From Rhizaria sp. SCN 62-66 (lineage: Eukaryota): a stretch of 64,000 nt of DNA. Location of the stretch: contig MEDY01000225.1 in the NCBI GenBank assembly GCA_001724265.1, forward strand, positions 1 to 64,000. The letters are read 5' to 3'. The translations under genes and the position numbers were made by a program. The notes under the pieces are model-generated. The model was not told where the DNA came from. It searched no databases and worked only from the letters and a program-made list of their open reading frames with translations. Each line of letters starts with the position of its first letter. Position 1 is the stretch's first letter. Shown one piece after another: positions 1 through 12,215 of this stretch.

Positions 1-456
1 CACCTCAAGGATGTCGATCTGGTCCTCGGCAGGCACGATGGGCTCGGCCGCGGACGGGGGCTCCATGGTGAGGACCTGGGTGATGCGGTCCATCACCTCA
101 GCAGCCTCGGAGCCAGGGGCCTTGGCGAAGGGGTCGACGATGATCGGGACCTTAAGGGGCTTGCCGTTAAGGATGTCATTGTCGGGGCCCTGCACGCCGG
201 TCTCGACGAGCGAGGGGAAGGCAGGGACTGTCCATGGAGAAGGCGGGGCGAAGCAAAGAGGGGGAAAGAGGAACGTTGAAGAGAAGGGGAAGAGGGAGAG
301 GGTGAGCATGCAAAAGAGAGCTTCGTTTGGCAACATGGGGCGGCGGGAGTGAGACGAAAAGAGTGGATTCTGGTAAAATCACGTACGGTCACCAAACTGG
401 GCAAAGGCAGTGCCCAGGAAAGCGGCGACAGCCACAAGGACGAACGCCACACGCAT
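1..456 (-). CDS. Secreted protein of unknown function, running off the window start (exons 456-387, 227-<1)
   Basis: ATG at 456 gives a signal-peptide-like MRVAFVLVAVAAFLGTAFAQ. A GTACGT...CAG intron (386-228) joins in frame to LPAFPSLVETGVQGPDNDILNGKPLKVPIIVDPF... with strongly C/G-ending codons. Confidence 0.75.
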
Positions 457-1385
457 CTGCAAAGTCAAAGGAAAAAGGGGGGTCGAGTAGGGGTGAGCAG
501 GGGCTTCGTGCGGGGTCAATAGGACGTCACAGCGCACAGCATTCGCACATGATGTTGAAAAAGACCTCTATAATATATAACATTTATCAAAGAAGCACTC
601 CACCTTTACATTCGCGCAGAAAAGCTGTTTTCTCTCGGGCCTCAAAGGGGACTGACTGGGAGCCAGCCACCACTCATCCCGAATTTAGGCCGCATGGGGA
701 CTGACTGTGAGCAAGCGGAGCCAGCCAGTTGGACCAGCAGCTGGAGCAACACCGGCATAAAATATAATATAATTATCAGGATTGGGGGAGTTGCAATATT
801 TGCTAGAGTATTGTAAATTGTATTTGTTATTGGATCTCATAAAAGAGAGATTTATCTGCTCAGCGTCAGATTTCTCTGCGTATTTGAGTTGTTTTGCCCA
901 ATAAAAAGAACAGGGTCACACCCGTTATTCATAAAAAATATCATAAGTTGACCTTGTCTACTAAGTACGGTCGAACGGGGCTTCGTTGTTGTGTTCAATA
1001 AAGTGAGTATTGTTGTTGTTTTGGTAGTTTTGTTTCACTCTTGTCGGTCGGGCGCCCGTTCCCAGCCCGCATCTCCGGTCCCACAGTTGTCATCAGCATC
1101 AACTACCACATCAACTACCACGTCGAGATGTACGTGCCTCCACACTTAAGCGAGCACGCACACATTCGCACAATAGTAGCCAATCATAGTTACAAGATAG
1201 CCGTTGTCGCAATAGCTGAAGATGACGTGGTGAGACGTAAGACGTTGTGCTATGTTTGTTGTCTTCATTGTCATTTTGTTTCTTCAACAGTTCATACGAT
1301 TATAGTAAAGCACAACGCCGCTCTTTGAGAGAGCACACGTTGTTGCTAACATCACACCACATAGTTGTCGTCGCTGTCCCCACGC

Positions 1386-2367
1386 TTAATGGCGGATGAC
1401 CTTAGACTCGTAGGTGGGGATCATGTACTTAATGTTGATGAAGGCGTCGGGGCCGCCGTGAACCTCAAAGGCCTCGAGCGTCTCCTCGATAAGGTCGCCG
1501 ACGTTGCCGCGCTTCTGCTGCGAGTAGTCGATGCGGTCGCCGATGTTGACGTTGCGCGCCTTGAGCTGATTGAAGACGGGCAGGATCTGGCGGTAGTAGG
1601 GCACCAACGCCTCGCCGATCATCTCGCCGGAGACAACGAGGCGCTGCAGCACCTTGAGCATCTCGCACACGATCTCGGGGTCCTTCGTGTTGAGCGCCGT
1701 CTTGATCGGGATGATGAGCTGCGGCACGACCGAGAGGATCTTCTTGCCGCCCTTGGCCAGCAGGTCGTAGGTGCCCTGGCGGGCGAGGAACTTGTAAGGC
1801 TCCGTGCGCTCGCGGATGCCGTCGAAAAAGATCGGCAGGTAGTGGTGGTAGTCCAGGAAGTCAAATTGCACCTTCCACTGCACCTTGCGCTGCGCGCCGT
1901 CAAAGGCGACCTGCAGGGGGAGGTCGCCGCGGTCGTAGAAGCGGCGGAACTCGGTCGGCTTGTCAGCTGCAACCGACGCGGCCGCGACGGGACGCGCCGA
2001 GACCGAGTACGGGTTCGCCTGGGGCTTCGAGGCCGTGGCAGAGAGAGAACCCGTGCGGCCCGCGGTGCGCGTCGCAGACGTGGCGGCAGAGGCGGAGGTC
2101 GTCGTGGCAGAGGCGGCGCCAGAGGAGCGCTGCGTCGCGGCGAGGGACGAGTTGGCACCGCCCTTGCCGGCCATGGTGCGCTTCAGCGTCGCGGCTGTGC
2201 GTGGCGAGAGCAAATGAGGCATAATAATGTGTTGTTGTGAGCAGGGTACTTTGATGTTTTAATGATACAAAGAGGTTGTGTTGAGATACTGAAGGATATA
2301 GTAGCAAGGCGGATAACTGTAGCGTACCCTTGGTCTCGATGACAGGAGGACGGCTCAGGGACGTCAT
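1386..2367 (-). CDS. PACRG: Parkin co-regulated gene protein, axonemal inner junction (exons 2367-2328, 2194-1386)
   Basis: Contains the PACRG motifs [37 protein letters not shown] and [19 protein letters not shown] phase-1 GTACGC..CAG intron supplies the N-terminus [13 protein letters not shown]. Stop is TAA. Confidence 0.95.
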
Positions 2368-3019
2368 GTCTGAAGACTGTGGAGGGGAAGCCAACATAGG
2401 GAGTTATGACACAAGATGAGGTGGGATTAGCGGTTAAGGAACATGTGAATGCGGGAGAATTAGTGTGTCTGTGACAGTGAGAGTGCTGATGGGATTTGTG
2501 GTCGAGAGCAACATCGCCTGGGGGCCAGTGCCAAGAGGATACAGGTTGAAGGTTTGCATGCACAGGCATAAACAAGCTGGTTCCTATTAACACGCAGTCT
2601 ATGTCAACAACTTTGCCCAAGTAAAGTCTGTTTTACGATCAGGAGCGGACGCTAGACCATACAAAATGTCGCTGCTAGGAGTCGAGAAACGGTCCCCGAC
2701 TTCGTCTCTGGGCCGACATAAAAGGCGCTCTACTGAAACACCTCAGGCACCAGCAGACCGTTTCATTTAACATTCTATATAATCACAAAATGCAGTACGT
2801 GTGCACAAAGATGCAGTTGCGCTTCACGTTGTTAATGCATGATTTGAGACGCTTTTTTGTTCCCAACCGCATTTTACCCCAACGCGTCTGTCCCGATTTT
2901 TTGCGAACTTTTTCCGTGGCCACCACCGCCTGTGAACGAAGCGCGGTGGACCGAGAGGTTGATTAGTGATAGTCTGGAGTGACTCTTGTGTCCATTGGAT
3001 TCAAACCCCAAAGTCGTCA

Positions 3020-3651
3020 ATGTCTGGTATTAACGCCCCCGACCCCACCGAGCATTTCCTTCTTGCTCCTGGTGAGAAGATGTACGTCAACGACCCTGAC
3101 TCTGTAGCCCTCATTCACACTGCTCCCGAGGAGCCGTTGCGTTCCCTATGCCCCCACTACTCTACAGCGATCAACCCTCGCTCTAGGCCTTCTATCTTAT
3201 GACATCGGCCTCACATATTTCACCTTATGCCACACTGCTGTCTTGTCCTGCGCTTAGGGTGAACGCCGAGAACGACTCGCGCTCCGTCAACACGGTGTTG
3301 CTGACGATCAACAAGGAAGACCACACGATTGGCAACCTGCTGCGTACCAAGCTGCTCGCCGACGAGCGCACAATCTTCGCTGGCTACCGCATGCCCCACC
3401 CCCTGATTAACCACACTCTTGTCCGCGTACGTTCCTTTTGTCTCTGCAGTCATAATCCCGCATCTTTACCCAAGTTCGACGCTCACCACACATCCCTTCC
3501 CTGTTTGCTTTCTTGACAGATTCGCGCGGTTGACTCTGTCGCGCCACTGACACTGGCTGTGGAGGCCGTGGATGCGCTGATGAGCGAGGTCTCGTCGATT
3601 GAGGCTCAGTTCGACGCCGACATCGAGCGCTACCGCCAGGAGATGGCTTGA
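3020..3651 (+). CDS. RPB11: RNA polymerase II subunit RPB11 (exons 3020-3081, 3258-3426, 3520-3651)
   Basis: NAPDPTEHFLL N-terminus, INKEDHTIGNLLR and FAGYRMPHPL motifs. Two GTACGT..YAG introns restore the frame. Stop is TGA. Confidence 0.93.
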
Positions 3652-4666
3652 TCACCGCAACTCCGCCCACATCCTCACTCTCTGCGGTACCCGGGACGGA
3701 CCTTATACGACTCTAGCTGCTATCCTGTACGTGATACACGGCTGTTATGCAGGTTGTTTTGCACTGCAATGTGCGTGACGCCGTGCGTGGAGCATGTTGG
3801 CGCGCGTGGTGAGCTGCGCTGTGCTGTCAAGCCGCGCCAGGGCCAGGATTGTCGGCTTCACTGCCGGACGGATAGCTCGATATAAAGTACTTTCTTGATA
3901 TAACACTCACTATTTATAACTATAACAAAACTTAAAGTATGATATACTTAAGTCAATCCCAGATACAACATAATCTTTGCTTGGAATGCACTTTATAAGT
4001 GACCTATGCGAGGATACTCGCGTGACAGCAGTCGGTGAGAAGCGAAAAACGCTTCCTTGGAGGCAAACGAGGAGACGTGATTTCAAAGGTCTGCAGCGCC
4101 GTCAGAGGACGGGGAAACGCAAATGCTATTGAATTTACGGGCGCATTCTTGAGTACTGCATTCTGTTTTATATTTATTGATTTACTGGTTGCGCTGATGG
4201 CTGAATCTTTGAGCTGATCTAGCACGTCGAATCAACAGCTTACATACCTCCCGTGACACTCGCAGAATCTTGCCAGATTTCTTTACTCATGCTTTGTGAG
4301 AGGTGCCGACCTGCGGTTTTTGACACATTGCTTGCCATCAATTTCGTTCCATAATGAAAATTTGATGAACTCTTTGATTTGCGCTCGTAATGTGTCGTTT
4401 CAGTTCTCACCCTCCGCTCGACGCGCGCTCACTTACGTCCTCCTTTCGTCTACTCTCTTGCCTTTCTGTCTCATGCACTCTCTCTGTACAGGCCCTTCTT
4501 TGAAGCTTTAGCGACTACCAGACCACCTCCGCTACCATCCGCTGCCCTCGCAGTCGCTGCCGTCGCCGCCGTCGCTGCCGCCGCTGTCGCGTCGTCGTCG
4601 CCGCCGCCACAGCTTTTCCTTTTCCACTCTCGTCTCTACGTCACTAATAACACTAAGAGACAACAG

Positions 4667-6909
4667 ATGCAGCAACCCATTGCCGCGCCCGCGCCTTCCG
4701 CACCCACGGACGACCACGCGCCCGCGCCCGCCGCTGCTACGGCGCCGCTCCCGGTGGACAGCACCGCCCTGTCTGCGCTGGCAGCCGCGCTCGACACCAT
4801 GTCCTCACAGGAGCTCCTGGTCGAAGTCGTCGAGGGCGTCGAGACCCTGCTCGTGTACGCCACAAACCTGCTGAAGCACCACGCGGAGCCGCGTTTCCAC
4901 GTTGTCTCGGCCGTGAACGTCCACTTTCAGGCACGCCTGGGTCACCTGGCCGGCTCCGACGCCGCCATGCGCGCGCTGGGCTACCGCCGTGACGGCGCCG
5001 CGTACGTGGCCGCCCCCGCCGCGCTGCGCCCCGAGGCCGTGGCCACACGCACGGCGCTGGTGGAGCTGCTGGCGAAGCGCCGCGGCGAGCTTGAGGACGC
5101 GTTCCGCAAGCTCCCCGCGCGCCCGCCGCTGCCGGCGCACCAGTTCTCGGCCGTCACGGGCGTTGGTGTCGCCAGCGACTGTGGACAGCGCCAGCTCATG
5201 GAGGACGACGACATTGTGCTCGACAACTTCCAGGTACGGAGCAGGAAGCGTCCATGTGACCAACGACTTATTCCCGATGCTTTTATGCAGCTGTCTCCTG
5301 ATCTCTCTAATTTTAGGTTCGCTTGAAGTCTCATGTCTCACCATGCATTTGGAATCATATCTCTCTTTGTTTCATTACCTCGCAACAGGGCGACCCGTCC
5401 GCGCTGTTCCTGGGCGTGTACGACGGCCACGGCGGACGCGAGACGGTTGACTTCGTCGTCCGCGCGCTCCACGCCAACTTCCTCCGCGCCCTCGAGACGT
5501 GCACCGCCGCGGCGCCCGCGCTCGCCGCGGGGCTGCCGCTGCCGCCCGCCGCCGCTGCCTCGCACTACACCGCGCTCGCCGCCGCCGTCGCCGCCGCGGG
5601 CTCCACCGCAGACAACCTCGCCTGCAGCGCCAAGCCCTCCAGCAGCACCGACAGCAACGGCACCGGTACCAATGGTTCTGGTACCAATGTCTCTGAGGCC
5701 TCGCTGGTGGCGGGCGAGGCGGCTGAGAACGCCGAGGCGCTGGCGGCCGCGCTGGCGCTCGAATCACCCTTCTCGCCGCTGCACGATAGCAGCGCTTGCA
5801 ACGGCACGGGCAACGCGGCCACCCCCAGCGCACTCACGGTCACCCTGACCGATACGGCGGGCTCGGTCAACGCTCCCGGCGGCCACCCGCCGCTGCAGAC
5901 GCCCGCCTCGCCCTCCAGCACCTCCAGCGCCGCCGCAAACGCAACGGCCGCCGCGACCGCCGAGAATGGCAGTGACAGCGCCGGCGCTGTCAGTGTGCCT
6001 GAGCCCCCCGGCGCGGCGTTGTATCGCACGGCGTTCACGCACGCGTACCTGCGCACCGACGCGCAGCTGCGGCGCGCCAACGTGCTGCGCTCGGGCACCA
6101 CGAGCGTGACCTGCCTCATCCGCAACGTACCCGTGCCCGCGCCCGCGTCCGTCTCCCCCAGGGGCGACGCCGCCGCTGACACCGCGGCGGCAGACGACGC
6201 TGCTTCCTCCGCTGCTGGCGCGGCTGCTGGCGGTGCAGTGCAGCGCGTGCTGTACTGCGCCAACGTTGGCGACTCGCGCGCGGTCCTGCTTCGCGGCGCC
6301 ACGGCCGTGCGTCTGACGGTGGACCACAAAGCCACCTGCGCGCTCGAGGAGGCGCGCGTGCACCTGGCCGGCGGCGTCGTCGTCTCTGGGCGCGTCGCCG
6401 GCATGCTCGCCGTCTCGCGCGCGCTGGGCGACCACCTGCTCAAGGGCCGCGGTGACGTCGTACTGGCGGCGCCGCATACGGCCGCCGTGCCACTGACGCG
6501 CGGCGACAAGCTGCTGCTGCTGGCGTGCGACGGCGTGTGGGACGTTATGACGGACCAGGCCGCGGCCGAGCTCGCCGCGGCCGCGCTGTACCGCCAGGTT
6601 GAGGCCGCGGCCGTGCAGGCTAACAGCCGCGCCGAGTCGGCCGCCGCCGAGGCCGGCGAGAAGGTCAAGCCGGGGGACCTGCTGCCCGAGGCGCCCGCGG
6701 CGCCGACGCGCGCCGAGGCCGAGGCGCGCGGGCGCGAGTGCGGGGACCTGCTGTGGTGGACGAGCGAAGCGCCCTGGGGGCAGTGGCTGCGCGCGCTGCC
6801 CGGCGCCATAGTCAACCAGGGGCTTGCGGGCGTTGCCAGGGCCGTGGTTAACGAGGCGCTCGGCCGCAGGAGCAAGGACAACCTCACCTGCGTCGTCGTG
6901 CTCCTGTGA
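4667..6909 (+). CDS. PP2C/PPM protein phosphatase with N-terminal PUB-like domain (exons 4667-5233, 5389-6909)
   Basis: PP2C motifs MEDD, GVYDGHGG, ANVGDSRAVL, DHK, LAVSRALGD, LACDGVWDV and SKDNLT. The N-terminal TLLVYATNLLKH..EPRFH...NVHFQARL..MRALGY resembles a PUB domain. Phase-0 GTACGG..CAG intron. Stop is TGA. Confidence 0.9.
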
Positions 6910-7604
6910 GAGACAACAAAAGCGTGGCGCTGCAGTGCGCGTTGCACGATGAGTGACGAGGCGTAGGTCACAGATGCGATGGAGTCCAGTCGTAAAGAGG
7001 TATATTAAGAGGCAGTGTGGGGTGCAAGGTCTCAGTCATGGTCACAGTGCATGTTGTGGATTGCGAATCGTGTTATGTGACTGAAAATGTTTTGTATAGG
7101 CCTAGTATTGTTACGTGTATGTGACGGTGTTGGTTGCACTGTCACTGCGCAGCCTACAACACAGCAAACCAAATGCAGAGCAGACTTTGTGCATTGCTGG
7201 CCTAATGATGCTGAGCGTTGAAACAGGTTCATGATTTGACGCATCATTGGTCTGCACACGCACATCACAATTCTTATTGGGCCATTTAATGAGTATAATT
7301 GTCAATTACACACTTCTATATACTCACAATGACACTGATTATACGCGTAATACAATAGAAGAGTATTAACATCCGCATTAAAATCTTGTTTATGATCAGA
7401 ATGCCTTTTATCAGCCGCACAAGCTGGTCTGAAGTTGAGTTCGGTCCACCAGCTCGTCGCGAAGCTCCCATTGAGAAGCGCCGAGAGCACATTTCAGAGA
7501 CATTAAGAGGTCATTTCAGATCATAGAGCAATACGAAAGAATTGCGTGTGTTTGTGTGATTAAAGCACTACGATTAGTCTGTATGGAGAGGAAACAAAAA
7601 CTGC

Positions 7605-8494
7605 TTACTCGGAGATGTTGTCACCGTTCTCGGTGGTGAGGCCTGAGAGGGAAAGAGAAGGGCGCGGAACAAAGAAAAGAGAGGGGAGAGAAAGAAAAAG
7701 GACGTGAGCGAAATGTTGAGAGGCTAATAAAGCAGGAACACGTAGTGGGCAGCGTGGATGATGCGGTTAAGCGCGGTGCGCAACGTACCCTTGAAGGACT
7801 CGACGTTGACGTGGGAGACGAGGGTGTAGAAGGGCTCAGCAGCATCCTCCTCCTCGTTGCGCTTGCGCTCGAGGCGGACGCGGATGCGGAAGGGGACGGA
7901 CGCAATGCCACGGGCCCAGATGAACTTGTTGAGGCCGGTGTCAATGCGGACATCGCTGGTGGCCATGGTGCGCTTAGCGAAGGAGAGGACCTCCTTGATG
8001 GCACGGGGAGCGCGCTTCTTGGAGTACCTATACAGCGTGACATATACGTCAGTTCGTTGTGTGGCAAGGGTAAGAGGATGCAGAAAGTAAGCGAGATTCG
8101 AGAAAAGAGGATGCGCAAAGGAGCACAGGGCGAAAGGGGCAAGGCCGGAAGGGGAAAAGGGAAGCGGGCGAAGGGCAAGAGTGAGCGGACTGGGGTAAGA
8201 ACCAACACGGATTTAAGCTAGCGCAGCGCGGAAACGGAAGCACTAGGGATAGCGCTCCGAGCACAAGAGAATTGAAGAATAGTGCAACCTATTGACGGAG
8301 TGCGAGACTCCCTCGACGCGCTGGCACAGAGAGGCAGGCAGTCGCAGGTCGTCGCAGCACTCGGTCGGTCGGCGAAGTGGGTGTGGGGGGTGAACGTACA
8401 CGTTGTACAGGCGCTTGTGCAGGTTGATGGTGCACTCAGTGGAAGCGACGCTGACGTCCTTCTTGGAAGAAACCTTCTTAGCAGCCTTGGCCAT
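7605..8494 (-). CDS. RPL31: 60S ribosomal protein eL31 (exons 8494-8400, 8027-7789, 7642-7605)
   Basis: [10 protein letters not shown] / [11 protein letters not shown] / [35 protein letters not shown]. Two GTACGT introns. Stop is TAA. Confidence 0.96.
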
Positions 8495-8704
8495 TTTGAT
8501 TGATCCAGACTAACGCAAAGCGATAGAACAAAACCTTTTCCTCGTCGCCGAGAGGTCTTGACCGGGACAGTGGAGCCCCAGCGCCCGGCTTGGCGACCTA
8601 ACTTCCGTGCGGCCCCCTGCCTGCTACTATGGCTGGGGGGGCCGGTCTCGACCTCATCTTGACCGGGTAAAACCTTTTGATCTCCGTTTGCAGAGCTAGA
8701 CAAA
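8495..8704. promoter_or_regulatory. Putative bidirectional promoter shared by RPL31 and RPL35
   Basis: Only 210 bp lie between the two divergent start codons. The spacer contains repeated YGACC words. Confidence 0.6.
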
Positions 8705-9538
8705 ATGGGTACGTCTTTTAGTATTCGCATATCATTCTACACGCCATATTCTTTACTGCTGTTTATTTCACGTCTTCCGCTTTCGATGGAATTGGTTCAA
8801 ACGAATGTGCTTTTATGGCTCCGCTCGATTGGTGCTGTGGGCTTGCTTCCGACTCCGCTCACCGCTTTCCCCTCTCGCTTGCTCCTGTGTCACTCGCTTT
8901 GCGTCCTTTACCCCCATGAGTAGTCCAGATCAAGGCTAAGGAACTCCACTCCAAGACCACCGAGGAGCTTAAGACCAAGCTTGCGTCCCTCAAGAACGAC
9001 CTCATGCAGCTCCGTGTTGCTAAGGTCTCCGGCAAGGGCGGACCCACCAAGCTCTCCCAGCTCAAGGTTGTCCGTCGCGGCGTCGCTCGCGTCCTCACTA
9101 TCGTCCACTCCAAGGAGCGCAAGGCTGTTGCTGCTGCCTACGATGGCAAGAAGTACCTCCCCAAGGACCTCCGTGCCAAGAGTACGTCAAACAATCCCTC
9201 CTAGCTTAGCTTGTACACTGCGGACGGCAAATTCTTAACGCCGCACACGCTGCGTAGACCGCTCGTCGATCCGCGCAGATTTGTTTCAATTAGGATACGC
9301 TTCTAGACACTTTTCTACTACTGCGCTACCAGCTCCTATGTCTGCGCTTTTCATTTTGTGTCATTTACTCATCATATCTTTCCCTCCGTGCGTCGCTCTC
9401 GCCCCACTTCCCACCCCCACAGAGACTCGCGCTCTCCGCCGTGCTCTTTCCAAGGAGGATGCTTCCCGCAAGACTCTCCGCCAGAAGAAGGCCGACTCCC
9501 TCTACCCCCGCCGCCTCTCCATCGTCGTCAAGGCGTAA
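8705..9538 (+). CDS. RPL35: 60S ribosomal protein uL29/L35 (exons 8705-8708, 8924-9181, 9423-9538)
   Basis: Spliced product MVQIKAKELHSKTTEEL...QLRVAKVSG...KLSQLKVVRRGVARVLT...KKYLPKDLRAKKTRALRRAL. The first coding exon is 4 nt. Stop is TAA. Confidence 0.96.
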
Positions 9539-10089
9539 ATTGAGTGACGTTACACTCGTTCAATACAAAGCTTTGCTCTGCTAATCCACAGACCGCTTCC
9601 CTTCAATTTTCATCGCTCTACTCCTCTCTTCACTCTTACTTGACTGAACTGCACTGATCTACGACACACAATGTTCTTTTGTTTATTGGCGCATTGTTAA
9701 ATTTTGACCGCCGACCCATTTACCGCAGCATTTCTCCTCTAATGTGTGCCGATCGATAACCAGCAAACCTGTCGGTCAGCTGGTGGTTGGTTGATCGACC
9801 GGCTTAACTTTCGCCGTTCAGAGGCGATTTGAGGCTCGAATGGCATTCAGGAAACGATTAGATGTGCACTTTGTCGTTCGTCAGTCATCGTTTCTCTGGC
9901 ATATTCAAGAAATCGAGTTGGATCGACATCGTTTTATTATATTTATTTCGTTGCAGAACTTGCTTTTGTCTCTCCAAGACCCGTTTCAAATCGGGCGACG
10001 TCGACCTTGATTCCAGTGCCTCATCCTACTCTTCCCACTGCCACCTTCGCCCCTGCTGATCTCCCTCTTGCGCACCTGTACAGATAGCC

Positions 10090-10870
10090 ATGAAGTTCTT
10101 CGCCGTTCTTGTCCTTGCTGCCCTTGCCGTCCTCGGCGCCGCCGTTGATGTCCCCTTCACCAACTGCGCGTACGTCTCACCCCATTGTGCTCGTCATCGC
10201 TTTCCCTGCCAATGCTCAATACATGGTACTCTAAGCTCAGCTTTGAGTCGCTATGACCACGTCTTGACACGCCACTTAACCAAAACGCTGTATGCATCTT
10301 CTTACACATTTTTTCGCCTTTTTTTCCTCTCTCTATATTGCTCTTTCTTCTGCTTATTTATGCTTGGTTGTACAGTGAGAACTCGATCATCAAGCTCGAG
10401 ACGCTCACCGCCACCATGTGGCCCCCCAAGAAGGAGACCGACTTCGCCATGACCACCACTGGCTCCGCCTCCAAGGCGATTGCTGGCGGCGAGTTCAAGA
10501 TGGCCACTAAGTTCTCCGGCATCGACGTCGACACCAAGACCGGCCCCCTCTGCGAGTTCGGTGATGTCGCCTGCCCCATCAAGGTACGAACAATATTTTC
10601 ACCCTACTACTCTCACAGAGGGTCGTTTACTTGAATTATTGTGTCCCATGTCATTGTGGTTATTGTTACAACTTCTTGTCTCTAACCTTTCGTATTTGTA
10701 TTGTACTTTGCTCTTTTACTCGTTCTCGTGTCCAGGCTGGTGCTGTCACCATCGTCAACGAGGGCGTGCTGCCCGGCAACGCCCCCGCCGGCCAGTACTC
10801 CCTCAAGACCTCGGCCACCTCCGCCGACGGCGAGGTCGTTTTCTGCTACACCGTCACCTTCTCCCTCTAA
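10090..10870 (+). CDS. Secreted ML-domain (NPC2/MD-2-like) lipid-binding protein (exons 10090-10169, 10376-10583, 10736-10870)
   Basis: Signal peptide MKFFAVLVLAALAVLG, then VPFTNC, LC....CPIKAG, P..APAGQYSLK and VVFC, a Cys spacing typical of ML domains. Stop is TAA. Confidence 0.85.
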
Positions 10871-11408
10871 GTGCCTTGCTGAGCTGAGCTGAGATTGACA
10901 CCGTGTTTGGGAGGGATTGATGCACTGTTTGGTTGAGCGATCAGCTCGACTTTTTCGTAATCTGACATTATGCGATTAAAGAGCTTCTACGGAGCGCTTT
11001 TAAGCGATTATTTGCGCACGTACCATGGCGTTTTGTAATAAAACAGCGTAATTATACCTACACTTTTTTACCAGGTAGCAGCTGGACCGATAAAATAGTC
11101 TGGCTGCAGCAAATTACAAGAAGGCAATAGTTTCAGTTTAGCTCAATACGTATCTTTATTAAGTTGTGAGCCTTGTACCGGATAGCATGTCAGTGAATAT
11201 GCTCATTTTACCGAGGAAGTAAGTATGCTGTGAGTATGAACGGTGAGAACATCGCCGAAACCATTTACTGTAAGCTTAATAGTATTTAAGATCCTTTGGG
11301 ATCGCGTTAGTCGAAGGCTTAAGCCTGTTCCTTCGCGGCGCCGTGGTCCCGGGAATCCACAGCAGTCAAGACCAACACTTCAGGAGGGAGGAGAACGTCT
11401 ATTAATAG

Positions 11409-11973
11409 AGGTTGCTCCGCGAAAACTTTGCGAGTAACCTCTACCTCGAGATTGGCCAGACAGTGCGCCGCAACAACCCCGACGCCCGTCACGGCTTGGA
11501 GCCGCACAACTTCTGGACGGCCATGTACGACAACTACCGCGTGCAAATGAGGCAGCAGTCTAACGACGCGCAGGTTCTGCTCGACGCATACAGGGCCGAC
11601 GGCACCAAGTCGCTAAGACGCACATAATACCAGTGAGTTTGTCGATCTCGCACACACGTGCAAGTCAACCGACGTCGTCCGCCTCATGGAGACCTACTAC
11701 AGCTCGTTCGACCGCGGGGTCCAGGTCGCCATGGCAGGCACCTATGGCGAACTGCGCAAAGCCTACGGTCTCGCCAGCGACACGTACGGCTCCGACAACA
11801 ACAACATCGAGTTCCTCCGCGCGTTGTCTATGCTCAAGACACTCAAGAGCCTCCAGACGAGTTCGAAGAGTGTCAGAACGACAACAACAACAGCTGTACA
11901 ACAGCGCCGTTAGTCAGAGCGCAAGATGATGTCACCGTCTGTGACGCAGCATGACAGCGTCCGACACCTTTGA
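11409..11973 (+). pseudogene. Frameshifted coding-like segment (degenerate gene or mobile-element remnant)
   Basis: Two adjacent protein-like stretches with C/G-ending codons (LRENFASNLYLEIGQ...DGTKS and DAHNTSEFVDLAHTCKSTDVVRLMETYYSSFDRG...) lie in different frames, switching near 11610-11627. No GTAC donor or clear start codon. Confidence 0.35.
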
Positions 11974-12215
11974 CCGGGATATGACACAAACGAAGAGCAG
12001 ATATAAAACCGTTGAAGAGTTGCATGGCAAGGCAGCTGCTGGGCCGCTGAAATAGCCTGACTGTCTCAGATTACGAGAAGACTACCCCAATACACTTGTT
12101 CCAGTTTAGCTCTAAGGGTATCTTTATGAAGTCGAGCGAGGGGCAAAGCAAGAGACAAGAGGAGCCTTCGAGTCGGTCTCTTCTGATCAAACGGCACAAC
12201 ACACTTTCCGATAGA

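Noticed and set aside
8028-8399. Possible snoRNA in the long first intron of RPL31
   Set aside because: I found no convincing C/D box pair or H/ACA structure by eye. An Infernal search would be needed.
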